NCBI RefSeq assembly: GCF_010131535.1
Contig: NZ_WUBS01000014.1
Location: 93,216-133,215 of the forward strand
Direction of reading: 5' to 3'
DNA from: Acerihabitans arboris
Lineage (GTDB): Bacteria; Pseudomonadota; Gammaproteobacteria; Enterobacterales; Enterobacteriaceae
DNA: 40,000 nucleotides
In this document: one piece after another, positions 23,243 to 32,685 of the stretch
How the letters are laid out: the number at the start of each line of letters is the position of its first letter
Position numbering within the stretch: the stretch's first letter is position 1
The notes under the pieces: generated by a model
Database searches by the model: none
What the model saw: the letters and a program-made list of their open reading frames with translations, nothing else
What the model was told of the DNA's origin: nothing
Position numbers and translations under genes: made by a program

Positions 23243-25188
23243 CCTTTATTTTTCATAAATTGATATACGAACTCTGCATTCACTTCTGCGCCAACATAAA
23301 GCGCGTAAGCGGGCGCCATTGAACTGGATTTAGCCTGTGATGGATGGAGATAGTCATAACGAAGCGAGCGTGGTGTAACGCCGTTTCCGACATCTGTCAC
23401 ATCGTCCACATAGTCAGGATTATAATGATTGATAAAGTTTTGCAGCATATCAATGCCATTAATCTGGCAGTATTCCTGCGGAAATTTTCGCTTATATGCT
23501 GCGTTGAGTTTATTTACGTTACTAGCGCCAGCACTACCAGCTGTATCTGATGCCCCTGGAAAGTCGGGAAGGATCACTACTCGTTTACCCACATTCTTCA
23601 GATGCTTAATCATATTGATGGTGTTGTTAATAATCTCATCCGTGTAATTTATATTGTTTCTGCCCAACCAAAATATATTTATACATTGGTCGTTGTCATA
23701 ATAAACGGTTCCTGCCGGCGCACCATTGGGGACGGGTTGAGTCGTTTTTGGGATCACTTTTATTGGTGTCATTTCAGATACTGTTACCGCATTACCGGCC
23801 GCCGTCCTGGTAAATATCGGTGCCGCCCCGTTCCATGTGAACGTCCCGGCAACGCCCGCGTATGTGCACGCGATGCTATTTGATTCAGCCGGGTTATAAA
23901 GGAAACATGGGCCTTGCGCCCATTGCCCAGCTTTCGCAGTTAACGGCACATCCTGAATATCGGCAGGTATCACCCCTGACGTCGGTACATAATACGCAGG
24001 GTCGCCACCCTGGCGCGCCGCTATCGCAACAGACCGAGCAGAACTGCGACCAAAATTGTATGCATACAGGCCAGTTAACTCAACAAGCCGATTCATCATG
24101 CGGGCGTTTTCCATCATGGAATGGCCCCAACCGACCAGCTTTGAACGAGCGATATACGGATAGGGAGTCAATATAGATTTCTCGGCGTAGAACAGGCCAC
24201 CTGGTGCGTTATCGGCGCGGTCGGACACCCAAACAACCCTATGAGTCCCGTCGATGCGAGGGTTTGACTCGTTCGAATCTCCGGATGTTAGAGAGGTTTC
24301 GGTATTATCATCAGTGTTGTAAACCCGAATCTGTGATTTTCCCGCACTGTCGATGATAGTAAAAGGGGCTAACGGGTTAGTCTCGACCGTTGGAATGGTT
24401 TGCGACGCAGCATACGCCTCATCCCACAGGCTCTTTTTCTTTAGCCATTCCGTGATATCGAATAGCTTATTTCTTTCGGCATCAATAAGTACCGAGGGGT
24501 TGTTGTTGAGTTCGAATTCACCTGATGACTCTATGAATTTAGATGCACCCGATAGAATATTGATATTTTCCGATGTTTCGGCATCAGGTAGGGATGACAA
24601 ATCAACTGCCTCGCCATTGGCTGTTAATTTATCCACGGATAATTCTTTAAACTCAGTGGGGATGAGTACTTTCTTATAGCCATTGCGAGCTATCTCAACA
24701 ATGTTATTTTCATTGTCAATTTGCATTTGTTGCACGCTACCGAAAAGCTCATACTCTCCATCAGGTTCAAATTTAGATTGATCAATATAAGTTACCTGTT
24801 CATTTAGTGGCACAATATTAGCCACGCTGGCCGCCACTATATCAACAGCCGCAGCGCTAGGGTACTGAACCTGTGTTACGCCATCTGCGCGATAAACAGG
24901 GGCCGCCGCGCCATTATAGTTAAAAAATTCATTAACCCGCACTTTATCAGCACTGGTCCAAACATGGAAAATTTGGCCGTTCACCGTGGCGGCAAGTCCT
25001 TCAGGAGCAGAATTAAACGCGTTTTCAAAATTGAGTTGTTTTCGAAGATTAGAAATAGAACCTCTTCCCGTTGTATAAGCATCATCAGCAGGTGAAGAAA
25101 TAGGCAAGATGTCCGCGTCATTCAAAATAGTATTAGGATCAAGCTCGGAAATCCGCTTCCCATTAGGGACGTTTGACGTGTCCGTCAT
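23230..25188 (-). CDS. Tail-fibre/tailspike-like protein with a C-terminal SGNH/GDSL-type esterase domain
   Basis: 652 aa. The N-terminus KRISELDPNTILNDADILPISS resembles receptor-binding-protein N-termini. The SGNH blocks are GWGHS357 (Ser codon at 24120-24118), FG380RSS, WLGRN511N and YD612YLH615PS. It starts 2 nt after the portal stop. Confidence 0.6.
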   Translation of the reverse strand: MTDTSNVPNGKRISELDPNTILNDADILPISSPADDAYTTGRGSISNLRKQLNFENAFNSAPEGLAATVNGQIFHVWTSADKVRVNEFFNYNGAAAPVYRADGVTQVQYPSAAAVDIVAASVANIVPLNEQVTYIDQSKFEPDGEYELFGSVQQMQIDNENNIVEIARNGYKKVLIPTEFKELSVDKLTANGEAVDLSSLPDAETSENINILSGASKFIESSGEFELNNNPSVLIDAERNKLFDITEWLKKKSLWDEAYAASQTIPTVETNPLAPFTIIDSAGKSQIRVYNTDDNTETSLTSGDSNESNPRIDGTHRVVWVSDRADNAPGGLFYAEKSILTPYPYIARSKLVGWGHSMMENARMMNRLVELTGLYAYNFGRSSARSVAIAARQGGDPAYYVPTSGVIPADIQDVPLTAKAGQWAQGPCFLYNPAESNSIACTYAGVAGTFTWNGAAPIFTRTAAGNAVTVSEMTPIKVIPKTTQPVPNGAPAGTVYYDNDQCINIFWLGRNNINYTDEIINNTINMIKHLKNVGKRVVILPDFPGASDTAGSAGASNVNKLNAAYKRKFPQEYCQINGIDMLQNFINHYNPDYVDDVTDVGNGVTPRSLRYDYLHPSQAKSSSMAPAYALYVGAEVNAEFVYQFMKNKGWVQ

Positions 25189-25190
25189 AA

Positions 25191-26237
25191 TTAAGCGCCT
25201 CCAGTCGGCGTCGGGGGGATGATATTGAAATTAAGGTGCAGCGCCGCGGGGATTTCAGGGTCGCCGTTGACGGTGGCCATAAACCGCCGTTGGATAGGGA
25301 TCACCTCGTCCTGGCGGTAGGTGTCGCGCCATTTTGTCGGGTCGCCCAGGCCAGCCGTATTTTGTGGAATGATGCCGGCCAGGCCCGCCGGAAACCGGTG
25401 TGCATTGAGAACGTCTTGGGCGGAAATATTTTTGACGTTGGCAAATTCGTCTTTCGCGCTGATATCGCCCACCGGGATAAACTGCACGCCTTTTTCCTTG
25501 CCGTTGGGGATGTTGATATACAGATTTTTGAAATTGCCGATCCCCTTGCTGCCCTGGATTTTCTTTTTGATTTCCTCTTCCAGCTCGGCGGACATATTGG
25601 GATCGGTGGTGTAGAGGATGCCCCCCATATGCGCGCCGTTGGCATAATAGCGGCGGCGGAATACCACGGCCTCACTGTTGAGTAACGCCGAGTTGATGCC
25701 GCCGATATAGTCGGGCAGGCCATAGACCTGTTGCTGCGGATCGTACTGCGTGAGGAAACGGATATCCTGGGACTGATAAACCAGGGGTTCATCTTTTTGT
25801 AGGATGACAAATTCGCCGGTTTTCCGGCGCCGCAGGTACAGCGACGGCAGAGCATATAAACCGACCACGCGCCCCCACCGATCGCGGATCTTCAGTATGG
25901 CCACGTCACCAAACGTCAGGTAATCAAACACCGCCGCGTTAATGGCGGCGTGCGTCAGTCCGCCGGCATCATAGTCTGACGTGACCATATTACGGCGGGC
26001 ATACAGGATGCCTGAATGCTGCGGGCTGGCGTTGGCCAGGCGCGCCAGGGCCAGGCGGCTGATAGGGAGCGTCCACTGATCATAGGAATTGTCGTACCAA
26101 ACCTCTTGATAATCGGTGCCGGTCGTCAGGACCAGCTCAGGCGGCCCAAAAAATATTGTGCTGTTGCCGCCGGGCAACAATGTTGCCGGGACGTCGGTGG
26201 CCGGCGCGTTGTAATTCCGCCGTTTTTTTCTACTCAT
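25191..26237 (-). CDS. gpQ: Portal protein (P2 gpQ family)
   Basis: 348 aa with an ATGA overlap to the terminase gene upstream. Its size and its position divergent from the scaffold/capsid genes match P2 Q-P. Confidence 0.85.
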   Translation of the reverse strand: MSRKKRRNYNAPATDVPATLLPGGNSTIFFGPPELVLTTGTDYQEVWYDNSYDQWTLPISRLALARLANASPQHSGILYARRNMVTSDYDAGGLTHAAINAAVFDYLTFGDVAILKIRDRWGRVVGLYALPSLYLRRRKTGEFVILQKDEPLVYQSQDIRFLTQYDPQQQVYGLPDYIGGINSALLNSEAVVFRRRYYANGAHMGGILYTTDPNMSAELEEEIKKKIQGSKGIGNFKNLYINIPNGKEKGVQFIPVGDISAKDEFANVKNISAQDVLNAHRFPAGLAGIIPQNTAGLGDPTKWRDTYRQDEVIPIQRRFMATVNGDPEIPAALHLNFNIIPPTPTGGA

Positions 26238-28036
26238 GCGGCCCTCTCAAAAAACCAAGTTGATTTACGCTGCGTGTCAAAATTCAGCGGTTCGTGGATG
26301 ACTGCATGCGAAATCGCGAAAAATTCATCGGCGTGGCCGGTTTCGGCGCTGCGCTCCGCGACGAAAGTCAACGCGTTGCCGCTGGCGGTGGACGTACGAC
26401 GGATGGCCAGAAAAGACGCGGCGATGCTTTTATTCTCGGCGTCCCATTCGATGCGGTCGGCTTCGACCGTATCAATCATTTTCATGACCAGATTATTTTT
26501 AGTCTCGGTGCTGTAGTGGATGTCTCTGACCTCGCGTGGCGCGGCAATCTGAAGGCGCTCGAAAACCCCGCGCCCGATGCCGGTCACGTCAACGCCGACA
26601 TAGGTCATGCGGTACTTGGCCATGATTTTAATGATCTGGTCGGCCTGGTATTTAAAATTCATGCCGTTCCAGCGGTAGGTCTCCAATACGCGAAACCGTT
26701 CGCCCTCAAGCGTTGGCGGTGCCACCACAACAAACGTCGACGTGTCGCCGGTGCGCGCCGGGTCAAATCCGCCCCAGACCTCACGCTCGCCAAACGGCCG
26801 CCTATCGCTGGCCTTGAAATCCTGCCAGGTAGCCGGGTCGACTTCGCAGCGCACCAACATATCGAAGCGGAAAACACTATCGCCGCTGTCGATGAAGACG
26901 CACATATACAGCAGATTGAACGCGTCCGGGCTGTGCTCGTCTTTGATGCGCTGGAAGGTGACATATTTACTGAGGCCGCCGGCGCACGCGTCGGCCAGGG
27001 TGATGACATAACGCCACTGGCCGTCCGGACACATTCGCCCGCCGTCGCGCATTTCATCAAAATCAGGGAATTTTTCAGCCAGGCGTTTTTTATCTTTGCC
27101 GGCCCATTCTTTGCCGGTCCAGAACGGGTAAGCGTCATGGGTTTTTGCGCTGGGTGTCGAAAAATAGGTGCGACGGAATTTGTCGTGTGTGGCCATGGCG
27201 CCGGCCACGTCTTTAAAAAGCTGAAACTTAGGCACCCAGAAATATTCATCACAGTACAAGTGGCCGGTTTCGCCCTGGGCTGTGTTTTTATTGGTGGATA
27301 GGAATATCAGGCTGGCGCCATTACTTAACACGATGGGGGTGCCGGTAAGCGTTACGCCGAAAAGCTCTTGCGCGAATTTGACGATATAGCGTCGGAATAT
27401 CTCGGACTGGCGTTTAGACGCCGAAACAAATATCTGGTTGTCGCCGGTTAAGCAGGCGTTTTCCAATGCCTCAAACGCGAAATACCAGGTCATGCCGACC
27501 TGTCGGGATTTGAGGATGTTACGTATAGCAAGATGTAAGTTGGCCCGGCAGATTTTCTGATATTCAAATAAGCTATTTTCGGCAAATTCTGCAAACTTTT
27601 CCGCCGGCATTAGGCTGACATCATTTTTAACCCGCTTGCCGAGCTTGGCGGGTTTTTCATCTTCACCGGCCGCCATGAAACCGACGCCGCCGGGCGCGCC
27701 GCCGTTGCCACCCGCGCCATGGCCAATAGCCGCCATTTTTTCGGCGTGCTTACTGCGCTGCACCAATAATTTAACGTGGTGCTCGATCAGCCGGTCGATC
27801 TCATCTAATTCCAGCGAGGTCTTGTTATCGCGTTTAACCAACACATTGATACGTCGGGTAATGCAATCCTCGACGCTTTCCTCTGTCAGCAATGATCCCC
27901 AATTGCCTTTTTTAACCCACGTGTAAATCACCCGAACAGAATTCAGGTTTAATTTTTTCGCAATCTCCGCCGGAGTATACCTTTGCAGATATAGCCGGGC
28001 GGCTGCGTCTTTTATTTCATCAGGATAAGTCGCCAT
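26234..28036 (-). CDS. gpP: Terminase large (ATPase) subunit (P2 gpP family)
   Basis: 600 aa with an N-terminal HTH-like region, then a Walker-type region and a nuclease domain. It is divergent from gpO, as in P2. Confidence 0.85.
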   Translation of the reverse strand: MATYPDEIKDAAARLYLQRYTPAEIAKKLNLNSVRVIYTWVKKGNWGSLLTEESVEDCITRRINVLVKRDNKTSLELDEIDRLIEHHVKLLVQRSKHAEKMAAIGHGAGGNGGAPGGVGFMAAGEDEKPAKLGKRVKNDVSLMPAEKFAEFAENSLFEYQKICRANLHLAIRNILKSRQVGMTWYFAFEALENACLTGDNQIFVSASKRQSEIFRRYIVKFAQELFGVTLTGTPIVLSNGASLIFLSTNKNTAQGETGHLYCDEYFWVPKFQLFKDVAGAMATHDKFRRTYFSTPSAKTHDAYPFWTGKEWAGKDKKRLAEKFPDFDEMRDGGRMCPDGQWRYVITLADACAGGLSKYVTFQRIKDEHSPDAFNLLYMCVFIDSGDSVFRFDMLVRCEVDPATWQDFKASDRRPFGEREVWGGFDPARTGDTSTFVVVAPPTLEGERFRVLETYRWNGMNFKYQADQIIKIMAKYRMTYVGVDVTGIGRGVFERLQIAAPREVRDIHYSTETKNNLVMKMIDTVEADRIEWDAENKSIAASFLAIRRTSTASGNALTFVAERSAETGHADEFFAISHAVIHEPLNFDTQRKSTWFFERAA

Positions 28037-28177
28037 GTCGGCATTATGCGGGCAAATTTTTCAGCCGTTGATCATTAAATATCGGCTACGTTCGGCTAAC
28101 GGCTTATATCCGAATACATCCGAAATAAACCCCTCGCGGCGTAAATAAATATCCGCAATACTCGCCTCACTAATTAA
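28037..28177. promoter_or_regulatory. Divergent late-promoter region (P_P/P_O equivalent) with dyad and direct repeats
   Basis: This is the only gap between the divergent late operons. It contains TTCGG-N14-CCGAA (28091-28114) and ATCCGAA twice (28108-28114 and 28118-28124). I did not find the P2 TGT-N12-ACA element. Confidence 0.35.
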
Positions 28178-29110
28178 ATGAAACCTTTATCAGTCGAGAT
28201 TAATGATATGCCGGGACAAGCTTCGCAATTAATGACGGACTTTATCCGCATCGCGACAGAAGGTCAGACCGTGGACGGTCGAAATATACCGGCGCAGTGG
28301 TTAACGGATATGGCCGCGACCTATGACCCCGCTTTATACACCGCCTTGATTTGGCCGGAGCATGAACGGTGGTGGGGAAATTTCGGCGAAGTGCTCGAAT
28401 TAAAAGCTGAGCCGGTTGATGGGCTGATGCGATTATTTGCCCGCCTGCGCCCGTCGATTGAACTGATGAATCAGAACGCCCGCGGGCAGTTACTGTTTTC
28501 CTCTATCGAACCCACACCGACCGGGAATTTTCGCGGCTCAGGTAAATGTTATCTGGAAGGTTTGGGCGTCACGGACTCACCGGCCAGCGTCGGCACGGAT
28601 CGCATAAGATTCAGTGCGGAAAAGAATAACGTCGTATGCGGCAATCTGGAACCCTTTTTTATTAACAATGTCACCGATCTGCCTGGAGATAAAAACATGT
28701 CGGACGAAACAAAACCGAATTGGCGCAGCCTGTTTGGCCTCAAACCGAAAGAAGAACCGGCCACGGTTGTAATACCGCCGGCAGCATCGGAAAAACCATT
28801 TTCAGCAACCCCGGACCAACTGACGCAATTAGCTCAGGCGGTTGCCGATCTTGAGGACCGATTCTCTATCGTTGAATCGTCTTTATTGGAAACCGTCGGC
28901 GCGTCCAATGACGCCAAAAAAGCCGTGGCGGAAGTGCGAACCGCCGTGGATGAAATCAATGCGCAGTTCAGGCGCCCGGAAGCAAAAGAGCTTTTTGAAA
29001 AGCTGCCTGATCTGATGCAGAAGTTTGCCAAGTTGGACGAGGTGATCACAAAGCTGCCGTCAGGCGCGCCGGCCACAGCACCGGAAAATATTAAACTCAC
29101 GATCGTTTAA
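28178..29110 (+). CDS. gpO: Capsid scaffolding protein (P2 gpO family)
   Basis: 310 aa. The segments FIRIATEGQTVDGRNI and GKCYLEGLGVTDSPASVGTD are colinear with P2 gpO as I recall it. The start could instead be the ATG at 28208. Confidence 0.85.
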   Translation: MKPLSVEINDMPGQASQLMTDFIRIATEGQTVDGRNIPAQWLTDMAATYDPALYTALIWPEHERWWGNFGEVLELKAEPVDGLMRLFARLRPSIELMNQNARGQLLFSSIEPTPTGNFRGSGKCYLEGLGVTDSPASVGTDRIRFSAEKNNVVCGNLEPFFINNVTDLPGDKNMSDETKPNWRSLFGLKPKEEPATVVIPPAASEKPFSATPDQLTQLAQAVADLEDRFSIVESSLLETVGASNDAKKAVAEVRTAVDEINAQFRRPEAKELFEKLPDLMQKFAKLDEVITKLPSGAPATAPENIKLTIV

Positions 29111-29164
29111 GTACGCGATCGGCCATTGCATCGATACGCCTGTGGGCGGATAGAGGGATAAGTT

Positions 29165-30184
29165 ATGCCATTTCTAAATGAACGTGCCCGCGAGGCCATG
29201 ACGCAATATACGCTCGCACTGCATGCCGCAGTGGGTGGGGTGCCGGGAAATTCGCCGGCCGACGCCTATTTTGCTCTAACGCCTCCCATGGAGCAGGCGT
29301 TACGCCAGGTCCTGCTGGAAAGTATCGATTTTCTGGGGATGGTGACATCATCCGATGTAGATCAGATGCAGGGTCAAGTGGTGGATGTGGGCGCCTCCGC
29401 GCTATTCACTGGTCGCAAAGCCGCCGGGCGCTTTATTCGTCCGATCACCGTTGATGGGAATCAGTACGCCCTGAAAGAAACGGATTCCGGCGTCGCGCTG
29501 CCCTGGGATCTGCTGTCCATTTGGGCCAATGCCGGCGGCAATGAACAGTTTATGCAATTGGTCAACGCTTTTACCACTCAGGCGTTTGCGCTGGATATGC
29601 TGCGTATCGGCTGGAACGGCACCAGTGCGGCCGCAACGACCGACTACACGACTAACCCGCTCGGCGAGGATGTCAATAAAGGCTGGCACCAGATTGCCAA
29701 GGAATTCAATGGTGGGGCGCAAATTATCTCAACTGCGGTAACGCTCGGCGCCGGCGGTGATTATGTATCGCTCGATGCCATGGCCGCCGATCTCATTAAC
29801 ACCAAAATTCCGGCGGAGTTCCGTGATGATCCTCGTCTTACTGTCCTGGTGGGTGCTGATTTGGTGGCCGCTGAGCAATTCCGCCTGTATCAGGCCGCCG
29901 ACAAGCCGACGGAAAAAATCGCGGCGCAACTATTGGCGAATTCTATTGCCGGCCGAAAAGCCATCATTCCGCCGTTTATGCCTGGCAAACGCCTGGTAGT
30001 CACCATCCCGGCTAACCTGCAAATTCTGACCCAACGTAATACCCGCCAACGCAAGGTTGAGTTTGTGGAAGACCGCAAGCAGTACGAAAACAAGTACCTG
30101 CGCAATGAAGGGTACGCATTGGGTTATCGCGAACTTTATGCGGCCATTGATGAAAGCGCGGTAACTATCGGCACCGGCGAGTAA
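29165..30184 (+). CDS. gpN: Major capsid protein (P2 gpN family)
   Basis: 339 aa. It contains IGWNGTS and GAGGDYVSLDAMAADLIN, similar to P2 gpN (GFNG and GGDYASLDALVMD). It follows the scaffold gene. Confidence 0.85.
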   Translation: MPFLNERAREAMTQYTLALHAAVGGVPGNSPADAYFALTPPMEQALRQVLLESIDFLGMVTSSDVDQMQGQVVDVGASALFTGRKAAGRFIRPITVDGNQYALKETDSGVALPWDLLSIWANAGGNEQFMQLVNAFTTQAFALDMLRIGWNGTSAAATTDYTTNPLGEDVNKGWHQIAKEFNGGAQIISTAVTLGAGGDYVSLDAMAADLINTKIPAEFRDDPRLTVLVGADLVAAEQFRLYQAADKPTEKIAAQLLANSIAGRKAIIPPFMPGKRLVVTIPANLQILTQRNTRQRKVEFVEDRKQYENKYLRNEGYALGYRELYAAIDESAVTIGTGE

Positions 30185-30193
30185 GGCTTAGCC

Positions 30194-30997
30194 ATGATCT
30201 CCCCCGGAATGCGTCATAACGCGGAAATCGCCGCCCGCCGTCAGCTTGACGCCGGGCAGGCGTTGGAAGCAAGCCCCGACAGCCTGCACATTCAATTGCG
30301 AGAGCTGGCGCGGGATGTGTCTCGCCTGCGGGCGCTGCCGATGACCCGCGACCGGGTTGAGATGAAACGCCGAACCCTGCTGCCAAAATGGACGCCGACG
30401 GTAGAGCAATACCTGGCGCGCGGGGAGGTTTACACCAATCTGGTGTTTTCCCACTGCGTGATCTGGCTGTTCGATATCGGGGAATTTGATCGGGCGCTGG
30501 ACTGGGCCGAAATCGCCATCGAGCAGGGCCAGCCGACCCCGGACAATTTCAAAAGCCGATTCCCGGCCTTTGTCGCTGATACCGTCCTTGAGTGGGCGGA
30601 GCGTGAGGCGGAGGCGGGGCATAGCGTAGAGCCGTATTTTTCGAGGGTGTTCGCCAAGGTGAGCGACGATTGGCGCCTGCACGAAGAAATCAGCGCCAAG
30701 TGGTTCAAGTTCGCCGGCCTGTTGCTGCTGCGTGACGACACCGGAAAACCGCTGCCGAGCGCGATAGAAAGCATTGAACAACTGCAAGCCGCTGACGCGC
30801 TGCTTGCCGAGGCACATAAATTTCACGCGCCGGTGGGCGTTAAGACGCTGCGTGAAAAAATCGGCATGCGCATACGCGGCTTACAAAAACGACTGCCGCA
30901 CGGCAGGGCGGGCGCGGAGGAGGGTGATCCCTCTGGTGAGGATAATCAGCCCGTGGATCCCGCTGTCCCGTCCCTTAATAACGAGGCCGCACAATGA
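30194..30997 (+). CDS. gpM: Terminase small/endonuclease subunit (P2 gpM family)
   Basis: 267 aa. The N-terminal ISPGMRH and the LLPKW segment, together with its position after the capsid gene, match P2 gpM. Confidence 0.75.
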   Translation: MISPGMRHNAEIAARRQLDAGQALEASPDSLHIQLRELARDVSRLRALPMTRDRVEMKRRTLLPKWTPTVEQYLARGEVYTNLVFSHCVIWLFDIGEFDRALDWAEIAIEQGQPTPDNFKSRFPAFVADTVLEWAEREAEAGHSVEPYFSRVFAKVSDDWRLHEEISAKWFKFAGLLLLRDDTGKPLPSAIESIEQLQAADALLAEAHKFHAPVGVKTLREKIGMRIRGLQKRLPHGRAGAEEGDPSGEDNQPVDPAVPSLNNEAAQ

Positions 30998-31485
30998 CTA
31001 CACTCGGATTTAGCGGTAATAGCCTGACTTTTCAGGATGTTGAGATTATCCAGGATGAAACATTCTGGCCAGCGCTAAACGTTGCTGAATTGCAGGCCCA
31101 GCGGAAAATCCCGGTCGCAGTCGACGGCGCCACACTGGCCGGGGCGATTTTATCAGCGGTGGCGACGGTCAACCTGGCGCTGGCCAGTTTTGTGGACCAG
31201 AAGAAAACCGTGGGCTATGCCACCGCATCGGCCGTACCTGGGGCGCGGGTGAGCGGAGACAACCAACTGACCGCCCAATACAAAAAAGCCGTCTATGCCC
31301 TGGCTAAGGCCGATTTGCTGGGTGAGTTCGCAAGCGTAGCCCGCCTGGGGAAGACCGGGCAGACCGGCGGCGGCACCACGGCCGACGATGAAGAGGCGGC
31401 GACCCGCAACATGCTGATAGCGGAATACGCCATGGTGATTCGCAACATCCTGGGCATGGGCCGGGCCACGGTGGCGCTGCTATGA
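30994..31485 (+). CDS. gpL: Head completion/stabilisation protein (P2 gpL-like)
   Basis: 163 aa with an ATGA overlap to gpM. Position and size match P2 L. Confidence 0.6.
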   Translation: MTTLGFSGNSLTFQDVEIIQDETFWPALNVAELQAQRKIPVAVDGATLAGAILSAVATVNLALASFVDQKKTVGYATASAVPGARVSGDNQLTAQYKKAVYALAKADLLGEFASVARLGKTGQTGGGTTADDEEAATRNMLIAEYAMVIRNILGMGRATVALL

Positions 31486-31988
31486 GCCAGTTAACGGAAT
31501 TGACCACGTTTTTAGAAACGCATCTGCCGGAGCGGGTCCGGGAATTCGACAGTTACATGGATGAGGTCAGGCTCGTTATGGGGCGCAAAGATGGCGACCG
31601 TAATCGTGAGCAGACACGCATCGGGCTGACGACGTATGACGGCGTGGTGATGTGGGACAAGTGGCCGTATCGGATCTGTGACCCGGCCCTGCTGTATGCC
31701 CTGGTGCTGATTTGGCGTGATGAGCATGCCACTGACGTGATGGACGATACCGGCGTCGCGGATCCCGATCTCGATGTGGACGTCGTGGATGAAGAAATCG
31801 CCATTATCAGCATCACTGTGCCGATGGCCGAGGAAATTTTGATCCAGCCGGACCCGGCCGGGGCCATTCCCTACGCCGGCAGGATGTGGCAAATCGCCAC
31901 GCCGCTGATCGATATCGCCGAGGGCGCGCTGATAACCGGCGCCGACGGAACGCCGGCCGAGGTGGACGATGCCAGCGCCGGTCATTAA
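31482..31988 (+). CDS. Putative head-tail joining / tail completion protein (acidic, 168 aa)
   Basis: Translationally coupled between gpL and the virion-morphogenesis gene. The assignment rests on position only. Confidence 0.3.
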   Translation: MSQLTELTTFLETHLPERVREFDSYMDEVRLVMGRKDGDRNREQTRIGLTTYDGVVMWDKWPYRICDPALLYALVLIWRDEHATDVMDDTGVADPDLDVDVVDEEIAIISITVPMAEEILIQPDPAGAIPYAGRMWQIATPLIDIAEGALITGADGTPAEVDDASAGH

Positions 31989-32685
31989 TGGCGAACTGAA
32001 TAAAACCCAACTGCGCGCACTGAAAGACGCGCTGCGGGGGGCGGAAATGCCGAAAGCGAAGCGTCAGCGGCTTTTGTGGCGTATCGCCAAGCTCGGGATC
32101 ATCGCCGCGTCAAAACGCAATGCGCGCAACCAGCGCACGCCGGACGGCGCGCCCTGGCCGGCACGCAAGAGGGGCAAGCGCAAAATGTTGCGCCAATTGC
32201 CGAAATTGCTGCATGTGCGGGAATTGCCGCAAATAGAAGCGGTCCGGATCTACCTCCAGGGCGGCCACTACAAAAACGGTAATACGCCGGTGGCCGCCGG
32301 GTTAATTGGGGCAGTGCATCAAGGCGGGGCGAACATTACCGGGCGTGCCGACAGCTATAAAAATCAGCCCAGGCAAGAGGGCAAGCTGGCCACCAACCGC
32401 CAGGCGCGAAAGCTCCGCCAACTGGGATATCAGGTGATGTGGCAGGGCCGCCGGGTTAAGCCGGCGATGGCCTGGATCACAAAAGAAATGTCGATGGCGC
32501 AGGCGGGCATGTTAATCAAAAAGCTGTCGAAAGCGCCTAAAAAACGCACATGGACCATTGATATTCCGGCGCGTGTTTTCCTGGGCGTCAGTGATGCGGA
32601 ATTTAATCAAATACTGGCCCGCCAACTGCAAGCGATTGGGTTTGGCTGGGAAGTTAAAGCACAAGATATCAAGGGGAAAATATGA
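31969..32685 (+). CDS. Virion morphogenesis / tail completion protein (P2 gpS / Mu G-like)
   Basis: 238 aa. The segment NQRTPDGAPWPARK resembles the conserved (S/T)PDGxPW of the Phage_tail_S family. Confidence 0.6.
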   Translation: MPAPVINGELNKTQLRALKDALRGAEMPKAKRQRLLWRIAKLGIIAASKRNARNQRTPDGAPWPARKRGKRKMLRQLPKLLHVRELPQIEAVRIYLQGGHYKNGNTPVAAGLIGAVHQGGANITGRADSYKNQPRQEGKLATNRQARKLRQLGYQVMWQGRRVKPAMAWITKEMSMAQAGMLIKKLSKAPKKRTWTIDIPARVFLGVSDAEFNQILARQLQAIGFGWEVKAQDIKGKI

